From positions 16,802,001 through 16,866,000 of the forward strand of contig NW_024704753.1 in the NCBI RefSeq assembly GCF_018977255.1: DNA of 64,000 nucleotides. The letters are read 5' to 3'. This document shows positions 1 through 13,500 of the stretch, one piece after another; the first letter of the stretch is position 1, and every line of letters starts with the position of its first letter. The translations under genes and the position numbers were made by a program. Origin of the DNA: Callorhinchus milii (lineage: Eukaryota). Below the pieces are notes generated by a model, which ran no database searches, had not been told where the DNA came from, and was given only the letters and a program-made list of their open reading frames with translations.

Positions 1-3000
1 TCTCAAAGCGATTCACGGGATTTACCGTAAATACTGTGTGTTTTGCAGATAAATATTGCGCTGCTCGACACAACTCCTTAATTGCAAAAGACGCCCAAGG
101 CCCCAAAAGGTGACATGATCGTTGCAGGACTTTTATTGAGTAATCTCCTTTAGGGTAACGTACAACACAACGCAAAATTTCATTTGCGCGTTGGGAGGAC
201 GTCCCAAGGCTCTGCACGATGGCGGACCTGGAGCCTGAGAACTTTGCCCCAGATAATCTTGATGTTGAGAATGTCGCTTAGCGCTGTGCGGCCGAGCCGG
301 GAACTTCTGCTTTTATCGCCAGGTCGCGAAGGGAAGCGGCAGTCAAATCGGTACTTAAAGGATCCCGAGAAATCACGCTGACCAGAGCATTTTTTTTTTA
401 AACCGCTTGAAAGGAAGTGATTTTAAATGATGCTCGAGGAACATATCAGCGCTTTGTATTGATTGAATATCTTACGTCTAGAAAAAAATGCGTGTGCGAG
501 AAGTGTTACTTTATGTTGCGGTGCCTCGGGCATATATGAATTCATTCCCTCCCCTTCGCACCACCCTCCCACCCTCCCACCCCCCCCCCCCCCTGCCGCC
601 CCTCCCCAGCTCGTCTCTCCTCTCCCGAAGGCGCTAACTCTTGTTGGGCTGCATTTTCATAGCTGCTCAAAGTGCCCCTTCTTCATGCGTGAACCCCGAA
701 AAGGAATGTCAGGGGAGTATTCAACCAGAGGAGGGCAAAGGTGACAGCCTTACTGTGTCCTCACCTGTGGTCCACACTTAATCACTGAGAGGTGTCTACC
801 CACGAAGCATCTATTTCTTCTTCAACCGGTTGCGTATATAATTGCTGCCCAGATCCCGGGATAGATTGGCTATCCCGTGTCGGAGTAATTTCTTACCCAC
901 AGGGCCGGAGACCCGTGACCTACCTCCCAACAAGAGAAGTAATAATAATACTAAGCCTGGCATTTGGTACGGCGCCTTATCACGTCTTCGAGTCGCTCTT
1001 ACGCACCCAGACCCGCACTCAGAGATACGCAATGTGCTGTCGTTGCAAATCAAATTTATGTTGTCAATCCCAAAACTCGCAGCGTGACAGTGTGGTGCTT
1101 CATTCTCCACTTCTCCTTTGCCAGGCAGAGTGGCTCTGCGGTATTCTATTTCACCGGCTAAGGCGTCAAAAGTAGGTCATGTTTTAAAATGAATGCGTGT
1201 CTTGCTACCATGTGTTACTGGGCAGGTCTGCAACTGGCGAGCAAAGTCTGCAGCCGACGAACAAAGTTACAGTGAGCTCCACGCCAGGGTCTGGCGTTCG
1301 ATCCATCCTCATTGTGACGAAAAACTGAGAAGTAATTGCCTGTGTTTGCAACGCAAAATTTATAGGTCGTTCAACCTGCAGCTGCTCTCGGTTCAGTGAT
1401 TGAGATTAGTATCTCTTTTATGCTTTAACTTCAGTGAAGTACTGCCATTGCAGCAATCCTAAGTAGAAGCTACGTCGGCTGGAGTGCGCTTCCGCAAGCT
1501 CTCCGGATCCCTCTCACCGAACTGAGTGCTGCTCTGTGCCAATACCGAGATCCATCTTAATTACAAGGCAACTTGCTTGACCGTTAAAGATTAATAATTC
1601 ATTCGAACGGATTCTGCCGACCTACTTTCCATTTTTAAACCACCGAAAAGCAGTGAACTTTGCTGCTCTCCACCACTGTGCGCACAGCTCCGATTTTTGA
1701 AGCAGCTTTGGCTCATGGTAATTAATCAAAACGCCTCTCGTTGTGTTCGAGATTCAGCACATCACATAAAGGACGCTTTTCATCAGCCTGACCGAGAAAG
1801 GAATAGAACCACCTGTGTATCCCTCCCGAGGAAAGGCACATATAGAGAAATTGTTTGCTCAAGCTTAATATAATAATGATAACCCTCGCACTTAATGTAG
1901 CGCCTTATCGCGTCTGCGAGACATCTCAAAGGGCTTCACAGAATATACTGTAAGGTGAATTGATTGTATGTTTTGCAGGCGACACGCGGTAGCCAAGTGC
2001 GCGCAGGCGTGTCCCACAAACAGCGGCGGATTGAGTCTCCAAATTGTCACTTAAAAAAAAAGAGAAGTTTGAAGCGACCTGCCAATCAAATAGCAATCGG
2101 GTTCCTCCTTACCGTTAGGTAAACGGGGGCTTGTGGAGTGAGGAAACTTGCCCAACGTTTCGCCCTGCCCCGGGGGAATATATGAGTGGACCACACAATT
2201 TATGATACAAAGATGTCGGCTCAGTTGAGGAGCTGTGCTCTGGTACTTTCAAGTGCTCTGGGACATTACCCTGCGTGAGAGGCGGCTCGGTATAAATGCA
2301 GGTCGATGTTATTGTTGTTGCAAAACCACTCACTCTGCTGGTTGGGGCTTTCTCCCACAAGGTTGAAGACACGTTTATACCTTCTTGATTCCTTGATAAA
2401 TCCGACAGACTGCCTTGGATTACTGCAGACTCACAAAGCCAGACACGTCCTTTCAACCACTGAGGCCATCGCAATCAAGCCCGAACCTGCCCTTACTATG
2501 AAGGCACATTTTCCAGCAGTGATCAATGGATAGTGAGGAGGTGTGTGAGCCACTGGTTGATTCTATACTACCTAATTGACATTTAGGCTAATAGTTTGCA
2601 CGAAACTATTAGCCTAACTGAGATCAACTAACGCCACGCCACACAGAATCTAGTAACTTCTGCGCGGCTCAATTTTACTCCAGGCAGCACAGTCACTAAC
2701 TTGCTGCCCCCCCCCCCCCCCCCCCCCCACACACACACAGGCGTTAATGCTTTACACAGATATTTTAAACAGTGAGTGCGGTGTAGTAACCTGAAAGCGT
2801 TTCCAAGTTGCATTAGCATTGAAACGTTGCAGTGGGGTGGCAGTCAGTAACACAGGGTGTTTCAGAGAGCCTGTCACCTCGGCTGTGCAGATAACTCACT
2901 TGGACTCCCTCGGTGTGCGGAGCTGAAAGTGGGACACGTACAGGTCTCCTTGAAACACCAAAACAGAATTCTGCCCGCAACGGGTTTGCGAGTGACATTG

Positions 3001-3648
3001 GCGAAGAAAGTAGTGACGCGCTTGAAAGAAATTGACAACAAACTTTGCAAATTAGACACAGCTGTTGACAGTAAGCGGAGTCGGGGTTAAAACTCGGGAA
3101 TCACGATCAGGTTACGGCTAATCACGTTACAAGAACTATGAAAAGTACGTCGGTTTACTCATTCAATGTAAATAGTTTTTTTTTCCCTATGTGCTCTTGT
3201 GGACATAATGAATCATTTAGGGCGCGCCTCTCGTTCTATCGAGCAGCTTTGAACTCTACACGTTGGAACCAGTTTATCGGGTTGTGCAAACTCCACAATT
3301 TCTCCCACCCCAAGTCTTCTGCTGAAGCCTTCCCTTCCCTCCAGCTTCAGATTTAGTTGATTCTTTCGGCTGTTTTTTTAAAATAAATAGACCGGCACAT
3401 ACCTCTGCTCACACCCACCACTCGTTCCTGGTTCTGTTAGTTGAGAATGTGTACTGAAGACCAATTGCACAGGAGATGATAAACCTCCACAGGGGATCCT
3501 GGTTAAAGCAAAACAATTAGTAGGAAGACACGTGAGCTGTATTGCCATGAATGACTGACGCATTGCAATTACCGCCAAGAATAACGATATTGTTGACCAT
3601 TCAAGGTCCATAGTGTAAAGTAGGTGAGTAACAGATTATCTCTCCAGT

Positions 3649-3955
3649 TATAATAATAATAATAATAATCCTTGCACTTGATATAGCGCTTTTCACGTCG
3701 GGAGGACGTCCCAAAGCGCTTCACAGAACACACTGTAAAGTGAATTGACTGTATATTTGTGGGCGAACGCGGCAGCCAATTGCGCACAGCAATGTCCCAC
3801 AAACAGTCGTGGATTGAAAATGACCAATTTATTATTGTTGTTGGTTTTGGAGGGATTATTATTAGGCTCTGTGTGGAGTAAGGAAACTTGCCCGAGGTTT
3901 CGCCCTCTGCCTGGAATTGAACTCAGGTCTCTCGCTCGCAAAGCGAGTGCTCTAA
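3649..3955 (-). mobile_element. tRNA-derived Deu-domain SINE (near full length)
   Basis: Reverse complement of head (TTAGAGCACTCGC...GAGTTCAATTCC), core GCTGTGCGCAATTGGCTGCCGCGTT, L2-like 3' end and (TAT)n tail; nearly identical to 28011-28341. Confidence 0.9.
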
Positions 3956-6900
3956 TTAGTTCTGCAAAATGACCATTTTTTTCTTGCCTTGGCGACAAAA
4001 TCGTTGCCCCCCCCCCCCCCCCCCCCAGCTCCCTGGCGCCTCCCGGTCAGCTCTGTGAAGCATTTGAGAGGTCCTCCTGACATGAAAGTAAACGTAAAAT
4101 TGTTGTTGTTGTTGTTGTGTCGGCAAACATTATTGAGCAGGTTGGAAATATTGTTGCTGTTCTTGTTTCCCCACCCCCCCCACCTCCTTCAATATTCTCC
4201 CCTCCTCTCCTTCTCCTGAAGCAATTGATTCAACACGTTGCATTTGACGAGCAAGTCTGATCCTGTCCTCATCTATAAAACCGCACTATCCAACAGGAAT
4301 CGCGTGTGGGTGATCCAAAACGGGAACCCAGCCTGATTTTTCCACCGAGGTTTGTTGCCGAGGCAAGAATAAAAAATACGGCCGTTTTGTAGAATTGGAG
4401 AAATAACCTGCGACTAAGTTTCTTTATGCTGCGAACCTCTAATTGTCGAGAACAGTGTTATTCTTGGCGGTATTTGCAGTACGTCTGCCATTCATGGCAA
4501 TGTCCCAGTGACTCTCAGGTTTATTGTAGCGCCGCCGCCTGGATCAAGATCAGCTAATGTCCTACAAATGGCCATGAAACGCGTGGCCAATTTTACCTTG
4601 GAGATGGTTGGCCAGGACACCAGGAGAAAACTCCCTGCTCTTTTCGAATAGCGGGCAGGGGATCTCTCACGGCTGCTTGAACAGGCAATACAGGACTTCT
4701 GTTTGAGATCTGATCCAAAGGATGGCACCTCCAAACAGTGTCTCGCCTCCAAAATAGACAGTCAATTCACATCACGGTATCTCTGTGAAGCGCTTCGAGA
4801 CATCTCGAAGACACGATAGATAAGCCGATGTGTCAAATGCAAGGATAATTATTATCGCTATCCCAGCGCTGTTCGGCAGTGCGGTGGAGTGTTAGCCAAG
4901 ACTGCGAGTTCAAAACCTCAATGTGAGATTCAACCCACAAGCTTCTGACTCAGAGGCTAAGGAGCTACTCAACTGAGCCAGGCCGAAGGGGCTTAGTTTC
5001 AAACCGTGCAGCTGATCGAACGATTATTGATAGAGCTCCGAGCATTGCTCTATTGGCTGCCGCGTTCGCCCACAAATTTACAGTCAATTCACTTTACAGT
5101 GTGTTCTGTGAAGCGCTTTGGGACGTCCTTCCGACGTGAAAAGCGCTATATCAAATGCAAGGATTATTATTATTATTATTATTATGCAATGACCACCCCC
5201 CCAACTGCGCCCCCCCCCCCCCCCATAGATCAGGTTGTGGATCAATGTGAAGGGAGTGAGCTGAGTAGGTCGAAGGTCCTATCAACCTCTTCCCCTGCTG
5301 CTACCTAGTCTTTTTTAGAAGAAGTGTGTTTTTCACATAGTACTGGCTCGGCGGAAGTATCACAGGAACTGCCCTGACACTCAGCAGTTCGAATAAAACC
5401 ATTTCAGCGCAGCGGGCGCATCTGCCGGAGTGGGAGTGACCTGGACCGGTTCTCTGCGACCGAACCTCTTGAGCAGCTGAGAGTGTGCGGAGGAGATCGA
5501 GATCGCAGTGAGCTGCCCGGCGGGAGGGCTCTCGAGTTGGCTGGTGTTTCGACAGCCCATGCTGTGCAACATCTGTTTCCTGTGCTGGGAACCTACAGCC
5601 ACTACAGCAGAATCCGGGTTGTCAGATGCGCACGCACCACCAGACACACACACGCACACGCACACGCACACACACAGACACACACACAAAAGACCTTCAG
5701 CTTGGATTGGCAGCTGTATCTTTTTGAGATGACTTTTTTTTTTAGCCCGAAGTAAAAGATGACCTGGATTCTTTCACAATACCCCGCCACACATGTTTCA
5801 GAATCCCCCCCATTTGCTCTTGATGTTAATTGCTTGAAAACCGAGGCATGTTGACAAAGAGTAACAGCGTTATAACCTTTCCTCACCGCCCGCCCCCCCC
5901 CTCCCCACCCACATCCCCAGTCCCTGCTCAAGTCAGTGCGGCACATGGGCTAGAAGTAGTGGCTGATGACCTTCTCCAAATTGCAAGTTAATATATCAAC
6001 GGATCACCTTCAGATTGTTGTCCTTACCTGCCGCGGCCAAGTTCAGCACGGAAAGGGGAGAGGAGGTTTGGGATGGAATGGCCACACAAAATCAGGAGGA
6101 GGCTATTTCTTACTGCATTGCCATTAAGTCTGTGATAACTCATGCATGTGGTGTGTGTGTGGGGTGGGGGAGAGAGGGGGTGTGGAGCGTTAAGAGAGGA
6201 AGGATGAAGTTTGCAGTGTTGTTGGCGGAACGTTTAAGCGATAGAAGCAAAACGCAAACACTGAAAGGCACAGAGGCTTAAAGCAGCAAAACAGCAATCA
6301 TGAATGAGTGGTTCAAGACTGACCCTTTATCTGATCTGAACTGCTAACCCCCTCCCCCACCCCACACCCCCCCACCCCGCACCCCCCCACCCCACACACA
6401 CACATTTGTCACTTTCACCGTCGAGTTCTGATCCTTCGGTCACGCCACAAATCGCCAAACTTCTTTATTTTTCAAATTTTGACTGGACTTTCGGCAGGTC
6501 CTGTGTGCTTTTTCTTTAATGTCAAGCGTTCAGCATTCAGTTTTTCTCATCGGTGAATATTCCGCGAATCTTCCGTCGCAGAACTTACCGTGACGTTATG
6601 CGGGGTGGTGGGGGGGGGGGGGGTGGGGGGGTGAAATCACTGCCGCAGCGGCTGGCTCCCGTTTCCTAGCCGCTTGTGGACAGAGCACAGAGAGCCTGCG
6701 AATATTGCGCAGCTACGTCAAAAATGATTAATCATTCTTGCATTCGATATGGCGCCTTATCACATCGTTGAGACGTCTCCCAAGTGCTTCACGCATTACA
6801 ATGTAAAGCGGAGCGACAGCCCATTTTGTGGGCAAAAGGCAGCAGCCAGGGCACTGGGAGAGTGAGAGAGAGTGAGAGAGAGAGAGTGAGAGAGAAAGAG

Positions 6901-7666
6901 AGAAAAACTCCTTTCTCGTTTTCTCCCACAAACAAGTGCAAAACCGACGGGGCCTTTCACGTCGGGAACGTGTCCCTAAAGTGCTTCGCAGGATTCACTG
7001 TGAAGTGCGGTGCCGCTGTGTTCAAGTCGTTTTGGTCTTAAAATTTAAGAGGCTGCAGAATCGTGGAAAATTCTTAAAACTCTCTGGGTTTGGAAGCTGG
7101 TTCTTCTGAAGAACGCTGGCGAACCGGCAATCCAAATTACGGCCGGATTGAAGAATTTCCACAACTCTGCACATTCCTGCATCTCAAGTTTGAAATGGAC
7201 TCGCAGGTTAAGACGAGGTGAAAATTTCAGGCCTCAAAGTCTTGACGGATAATAAATTACTGTCTCTAGTCAGGATTTTTGTGTGTAACACGCTTGAAGG
7301 CTGAACGTAGCCCTGGGATGATATGATTGCCCCGCATTGACCTATTCCTGCGCTCCAGTCCTTCCAACCTCCATCACATCACGGTCTCCCCAAGTTCACG
7401 TATCCGGGTTCATTGATCTGAGCTTAAAGATGTTTTCTTTGAGCGCACGAATGGAAACTGGGGTTTCGGTTGTTTGAGGCACTCCCGAGCTCAGTGATGT
7501 ACTTGTCTCAGGCATCTGAAATATGGAGAAAAAAATCTCACTCCGAAACAGTGACTAGTGTATAATGCGATTGGCTTACAATAGCTGCATTTATTCGCGT
7601 TAAACCAGATTAACTGGAGATGGAAGTATCGCTATGTTTGCCTTCTTTGTTCAAAAGCAGTCGATA

Positions 7667-8031
7667 GTGGAGTCCTGTAGCTCAGTGGTTATAGAGCGCT
7701 CACCTCGCAGGCGAGAGGACCTGGGTTCGATGGGCAGGGTGAAACGTTGGGCAAGTTTCCTTACTCTACACACCTAGCAGCAAGTGGGAACCCGTATTTT
7801 TAGTCGAGTGGCAGATTGCTTTTCCGGGCGGTAATAATTCCTTCCCCCCAAAAATCCCCAAAATAATAATAATTTGGTTACCCAACCCGCGACTGTTTGT
7901 GGGACGCTGCCCTGTCCTATTTGGCTGCCGCGGTTTGCTCACAAAGTACACAGTCGACTCACTTTACAGTGTATTCTGTGAAGTGCTTTGAGACGTCTCA
8001 AAGACGTCGTAAGGCGCTTTATCAAATGCAA
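7667..8031 (+). mobile_element. tRNA-derived Deu-domain SINE (full length)
   Basis: A box TAGCTCAGTGG, B box GGTTCGAT, shared body and 3' end AAGGCGCTTTATCAAATGCAA. Confidence 0.9.
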
Positions 8032-10254
8032 ATGCAGATTAGTAAGAACTTACATATCCTGCCTACGATTCTCACTGTGTCTGAGCTCCAGCTACCCTGC
8101 AGGTTATTTTTATAAAACAAAACTACAATAATTTGCAGCTTTAATGGAGTAATTATAAAGCAATAAAACTTTCTTGGTTGGTTTTATGGGTGTAACTATG
8201 CCAGGGTTGGCAGATCCTTTCCCAGGGGAGAGTATGAAGCCCGTCCTTGACAGTTCCTGCTGCTGAGCTCCATGATCCCTCTGAGATGCGGTAGCTCTCG
8301 GCTGCCTTAGGCACACAGTGAGACAAGAACTATTAATACCTGCTGCCTTCACCAGTCAAACAAATATTCCACCTTGCTAGTAAGTACAGTACTGTAACAC
8401 AGTGAGCTATTTCAGCACCGTGGCCATAGCAATATCCACTTAAATAGCATCTTTTATAATAAATAATAAATAATAATAAACCTTGCACTTAGTACAGTGC
8501 CTTTCATGTCAGGAACGTGTCCCAAAGTGCTTCAAAGTATTTGTGCACAATTGCGGCATCCAATTTGCGCGCAGCGATGTCCCACAAACAGCCATGAAGG
8601 GAATGACCAATTTTATTTGGGGCGATTGTTAGCCAGGACACCGGGAGAAACCTGAGCAGGCAGTCGTTAAATTTATTTACCTGTGACTGGACGAGGAAAG
8701 GAAATATCTTATCAGGATTTCCATTCCTGTTTCCAATTGAGTGGCCTACTCCAGCCATTATATGTTTGGTGTGCGTGGTGAGTTAGGTGCAATTCGCTTC
8801 ATAATTGAATACTTTGCTGAGACAGGCTCACTGCTGCCATTTACAAATGAAGAGGTAACATGTGGGTGAGGTGTCCAGGGTCATGAGGCAATGCCTTCAG
8901 GAGTGAAGAGCAAAGCCAGGAAAATGGGAAAACAAATCAGTTTATTGTCGGGTTACTTTTCTGAGAAAGTAATGGTGAATTAATACCAGTGAGGAGTTCT
9001 GCAGTATACACTGGTACCTTTATGTATTCCAGTTTAGGATGATGTGTGAAGCATTAGGTTCTGATTTAGTTTCCAGATTATTAATGACCTCTGAAATGTT
9101 CACAAACTGCTCGCTGGCTTAATGGACCTCATGTAATGAAGCCGTTCGATACACACAAGCCCTGGCTTAAGAGAACAGATCAATTAACATTCAAGACTGA
9201 GAGGTACCTCGCTAATAGCTAGCTCATTCTTGCTGTTCTAAGAGTGCTAAGTGGCCGATAATATACAGGAGCCATTGGGACTGAATCTTAATCAAATAAA
9301 ATGAGCCGCAAATGTAATAGCAGCTGCTGTGATGTACTTCTCGCTGGCGGATGTGGGTGCTCGGGACTCTGGCAATGGTTGAGACTTGAAGAGCAAGAGC
9401 GGAGAGCTTCCAGTCAGTTAGTGATAATAATCCTTAATTGTAATTCTTGCATTTGATGTAGCATCCTTATTACATCATCAAAACGTCTCAGAGTGCTTCT
9501 CACATGTCCTCCCGATGCGAAAGGCGCTATACAAATGTAATTTTGTTGTTGTTGTTGTTGTTGATGTTACTGTGATAGAAGCTTTTATCATCCGGGACTG
9601 TGACATTTTGCTGCGAGCAAGTGAAGGAACGGTCGAACGCCAGGAATGACCAAACACGACACAACCCACGCTGCCAGGCAAAACCATGACAAACCAGCAT
9701 GTCTGCCTGTCCTCAGGTGGATGCGTAAAGACCCACGACATTATTCAAAAACGACCAGTTTCTTCTGGTGCCCTAGCCAACGATCGTCCAAATTAATTGG
9801 CCGTTTCAACCCTTTGGCCGTGAGTGGGACGTTGCTGCGGGTACGTAGGCCGTCAGGTTTGAAATACGCACAAGTCACTAGACTTGACGATTCTTACTGC
9901 ACCGCCCTCCGAGACCTTTTGTGGTCTTAAGACGCGATATAAAAAAAAATGTTTGTCAGCCGGGTGTTAGCTGCTCATGGTAAACCATCACCATGCATAA
10001 GAGCATCCAAGCCAAGCTACTGTGCACTGAAATCTCTATTTTTATCAAATGGAATTGCCTATTTTCCCCTCCACACCACCACCTCTGGAGCGATGCACTC
10101 TGCTCGCCCAATCCCACAAAGTTTAGGTGCAGATTAGCAAGAGACGAGGTTTGAGGGACCCCCAGAGTGAGTGCCAGGATACTCCTGGAGTTAAATCAAT
10201 TAATACACTGACTGGTAAACTTTTAGCTAGGACCACCCATACGTTAAAGAGCTA

Positions 10255-10545
10255 ATGCAAAGCACTTGTATAGCGCCCTCCACTTCTCTCAGAGCACTTA
10301 ACGGTGGCAGAGGAGAGAAGGAGGGGAGGGGGGGGGGGGGGGCAAGGCAGAGGCATTGAGGGAGAGTGTTCCAGAGTTTCGAGGCGTAGGGCTGAAAGCA
10401 CAGACCTCCGATGGTGGGGGTGGAGGGTGCGAGGGACGAGCAGGAAGCCGAGCAGGAGGCGCTGGGGAGTGAGGAGGTCGGAGAGGTAGGGAGGTGGCCA
10501 GGGAGTGGATGGATTTGGACACGAGAGTGAGGATCTTGAAGTCCC
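10255..10545 (-). mobile_element. L2 LINE 3' fragment
   Basis: Reverse-strand similarity to 27080-27480; translated pieces PYLSDLL and PTIGG..KLWNTLP. Confidence 0.8.
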
Positions 10546-13500
10546 TGTCTGAGCTGTGGGTGTTTTTCTACAAACAATCATCCTGGATCATAGAAACCTC
10601 AATGAACGTGCCTTTGAGTACCGCCTGATCAAGCACAGCATTGCTGATCTCTGTGACAGCAGATACACTATACAACCGAACATACGACAACCACAACTCA
10701 ATGCACCTTAAACAACAACACCAACAATTTGCATTTGTATACCACCTCACGCGAGGTAGCGTCCCAGAGCGCTTGAGGGCCAAAGAAACGGTTCATTTAA
10801 TGGGAGTCTTTTGCGAGGTATTAAATTGTTCGCAGTGCGCGCAAACCAGTGCTAAAGGGGACACTTTTGACCACTAAACCGTCTCCTGCCGGTTTCTCTT
10901 CTGAAAGCTGTGCTGCCTTGCCCTATATAGCAGGCAGGGTTGAGTGACAGGAGCTCTCAGGCGAATTACTGCCTGGTTCTTGCTGAGGATTTGAGTTCTT
11001 TGACCCTCTTTGTCAGTGTCACCGAATCTAAAATCATCCAAAGCAACAATTCCGGAGAAAAGTCCCATCGCTCCCAGCAGGTCGAGTCTCAGTGAAGATT
11101 AAACTACACGCCCAAACTATTTTTATTTTTTACCGATGCGTATACATGCTAATTACAGCCCCGAATCTTTCTGGCGTAGACATGATAGATTGTGTAAGCA
11201 CTGTCGAAAGGAAGGCACTTTGATTAATGGCGCCTTGTGACATCGAAAATAGTTACTTCCAGTTTTTTTTTCTGCTCAGACTCTCTCTACCTAGGTCACG
11301 ACAAACTTGAGCGCACAGAAGGCCTAGATAACTGAAAGGGGAACAGCCATCTCCGGCAGAGGCTGACCTTGAGGGAGTGCTCTCTCTCTCTTGCTTCCTG
11401 CGGGGAGCACAGAGCTGCAGTATCGCTCGTGTGGCGTTGAAATGACTTTGGGAAACAATTCTATCAGGTTGGTCGTTCTCCGGGCTCACTTAGCCTCACC
11501 AGATTTGCCTCGTGGTTAGGATTACGCCGCACTCGCCCGGCAGACACGCGGTCAATTCACGGTATATTCTGTGAAGCGCTTTGAAACGTCTCGAAGACGT
11601 ACTAAGGCGCCGTATTAAATGCAAGGATTATTATCACTACTCTCCAGGTATTTTTTTAATTGTGAATTTTTTACTCACCTGTGCACATAGGTGGTGTGTG
11701 TGTGCGTGTGTGTGTATGTATGGTACGTTTATCAGTGTTCACTCAGCTTTTTAAACCTCGGGAAAAGTTTGGTGTACAGTTACTCTGAAGCAACGATGTG
11801 CCTGAACCACTTTCAGAAGAACACACAATTTTTTTTAGTGGTAACTACCAATTGGTTACTTCCGCTTCTCATCAATGCCTTTGGGTCAGAGGTTGTAGGT
11901 TCAAATGTGGACTAGTTATTACTCCACTTCAAGTCCTGGGGTATTGATAGATTCTTTGAGGTACAATCTTTCTGTTCTGTGATCATTAAAGCGTTCACCT
12001 ACCAATACACTATGCCTACATTTAACAGCAATTAACTCTTTTCAACTTGGATGTAAGGGGGAAGGGGGGCATGTTTTTTTGACTCGGGGGTAAACCAATA
12101 AGGGTTAGATACATAAAAAAATCTCCCTCTATTCCATGAAGCACTCCCAGGTCAGGTATTGGGTGTTGTTAAATGTAGAGTATATCTCCCCCTTCAAAAT
12201 CCCATGAAAAATTCTCAGATGAGGGTCAGCTAATGTTGCATCCAGGATAAAGCTCCCTCTGCAAATGGTCCACCAATGTGTTTTTATCCCCAAAAGTACA
12301 AGTGCACCTCCGGGAAAACATGGTTTTGAAAGCGGTGGAGAATTTTGCCATATGGGAGGTTTGTGTCAGGCGGAATAATATTATCGTAAGCAATGAAAGT
12401 AACTACAGATTGGAACACAAGGACCAGTCATATAGAAATCAGACCAAGAGGCACGTACAGTGTTGTACTACACTGAGCACGTGGCAACTCCGGATAGTGC
12501 AGCTCAGTTGGACGCCTTTGAACTCTTGGGGTCAGACTCCGCCACTGTCAAGCGCTCCTGGAAGCTACCCCGGGTGAAGTGCGCTGTGCATACGTAAGTT
12601 GTTGTTGTTGTTGGTGGTGGTCCCCAAGTCTTGGTGCTTGCCAACCTGTGTGGCTAATGCTTTCTGGGAGCAAATCCACACCCCCCCATTCCAGATGAGA
12701 AATTTCTACGCACAGATGGCGTGCCTACACACGTTAATAATAATAAAAAATAATAATCCTTGCATTTGACACAGCGCTTTTCACGTCTTCTAGACGTCTC
12801 AAAGCGCTTCACAGAATGGACTGTAAAGTGAATTGACCGTACACTGTTGAACTTGTGGTTCCACGTGTGTACGTATGCCATCCATGCATAGGTTTGCAGA
12901 GATGGCAATACGAACCGGTTTGGTTAGTCTTAAGCACGGTGATGGGTTCCCGAATGTGTCACCATTCTGCCTGACCCAAAAAGGTAGAGTGCTTCTCATT
13001 CCATTGAGCTGCAGATCCTGTTAATACATCACTAAGTTATACATCAGCAAGTCATTTGCCATTTATTTCACTCAAGACTTCAGAAATGTGCGCTCTCCTT
13101 GTATAATCTTTATTCATGCTCCTATTTGCAGGTCCTTGCAGCTCAAAAAAAACCTCTTTACTCTGCATTTATCTTGCTCTGCAGCTCATATTTCAGATAG
13201 TTTTAACCAGTATTGCAATCGCTGTATCTGGTAGTGTTATCCATATTGCAGTCTCTACCAGACAGTGTTTCCTCACTGTTTGAATCAGGGAATGTTTATC
13301 CAGCTGAGACAATTTGACCGGGAAATCTATCCTGGTTTGCACGTTTTAAATGTGCATTCTTCTACAAAATACACAGTCACTACGGTTTAAGTTGTATTCT
13401 GCAAAGCATTTTGAGATGTTTTCCTAACGTGAAAGGAGTTATATCAAACGCAAGGATTATTATTATTCATTTATTATTTATGCCTTTCGGCGGTGGTGAG

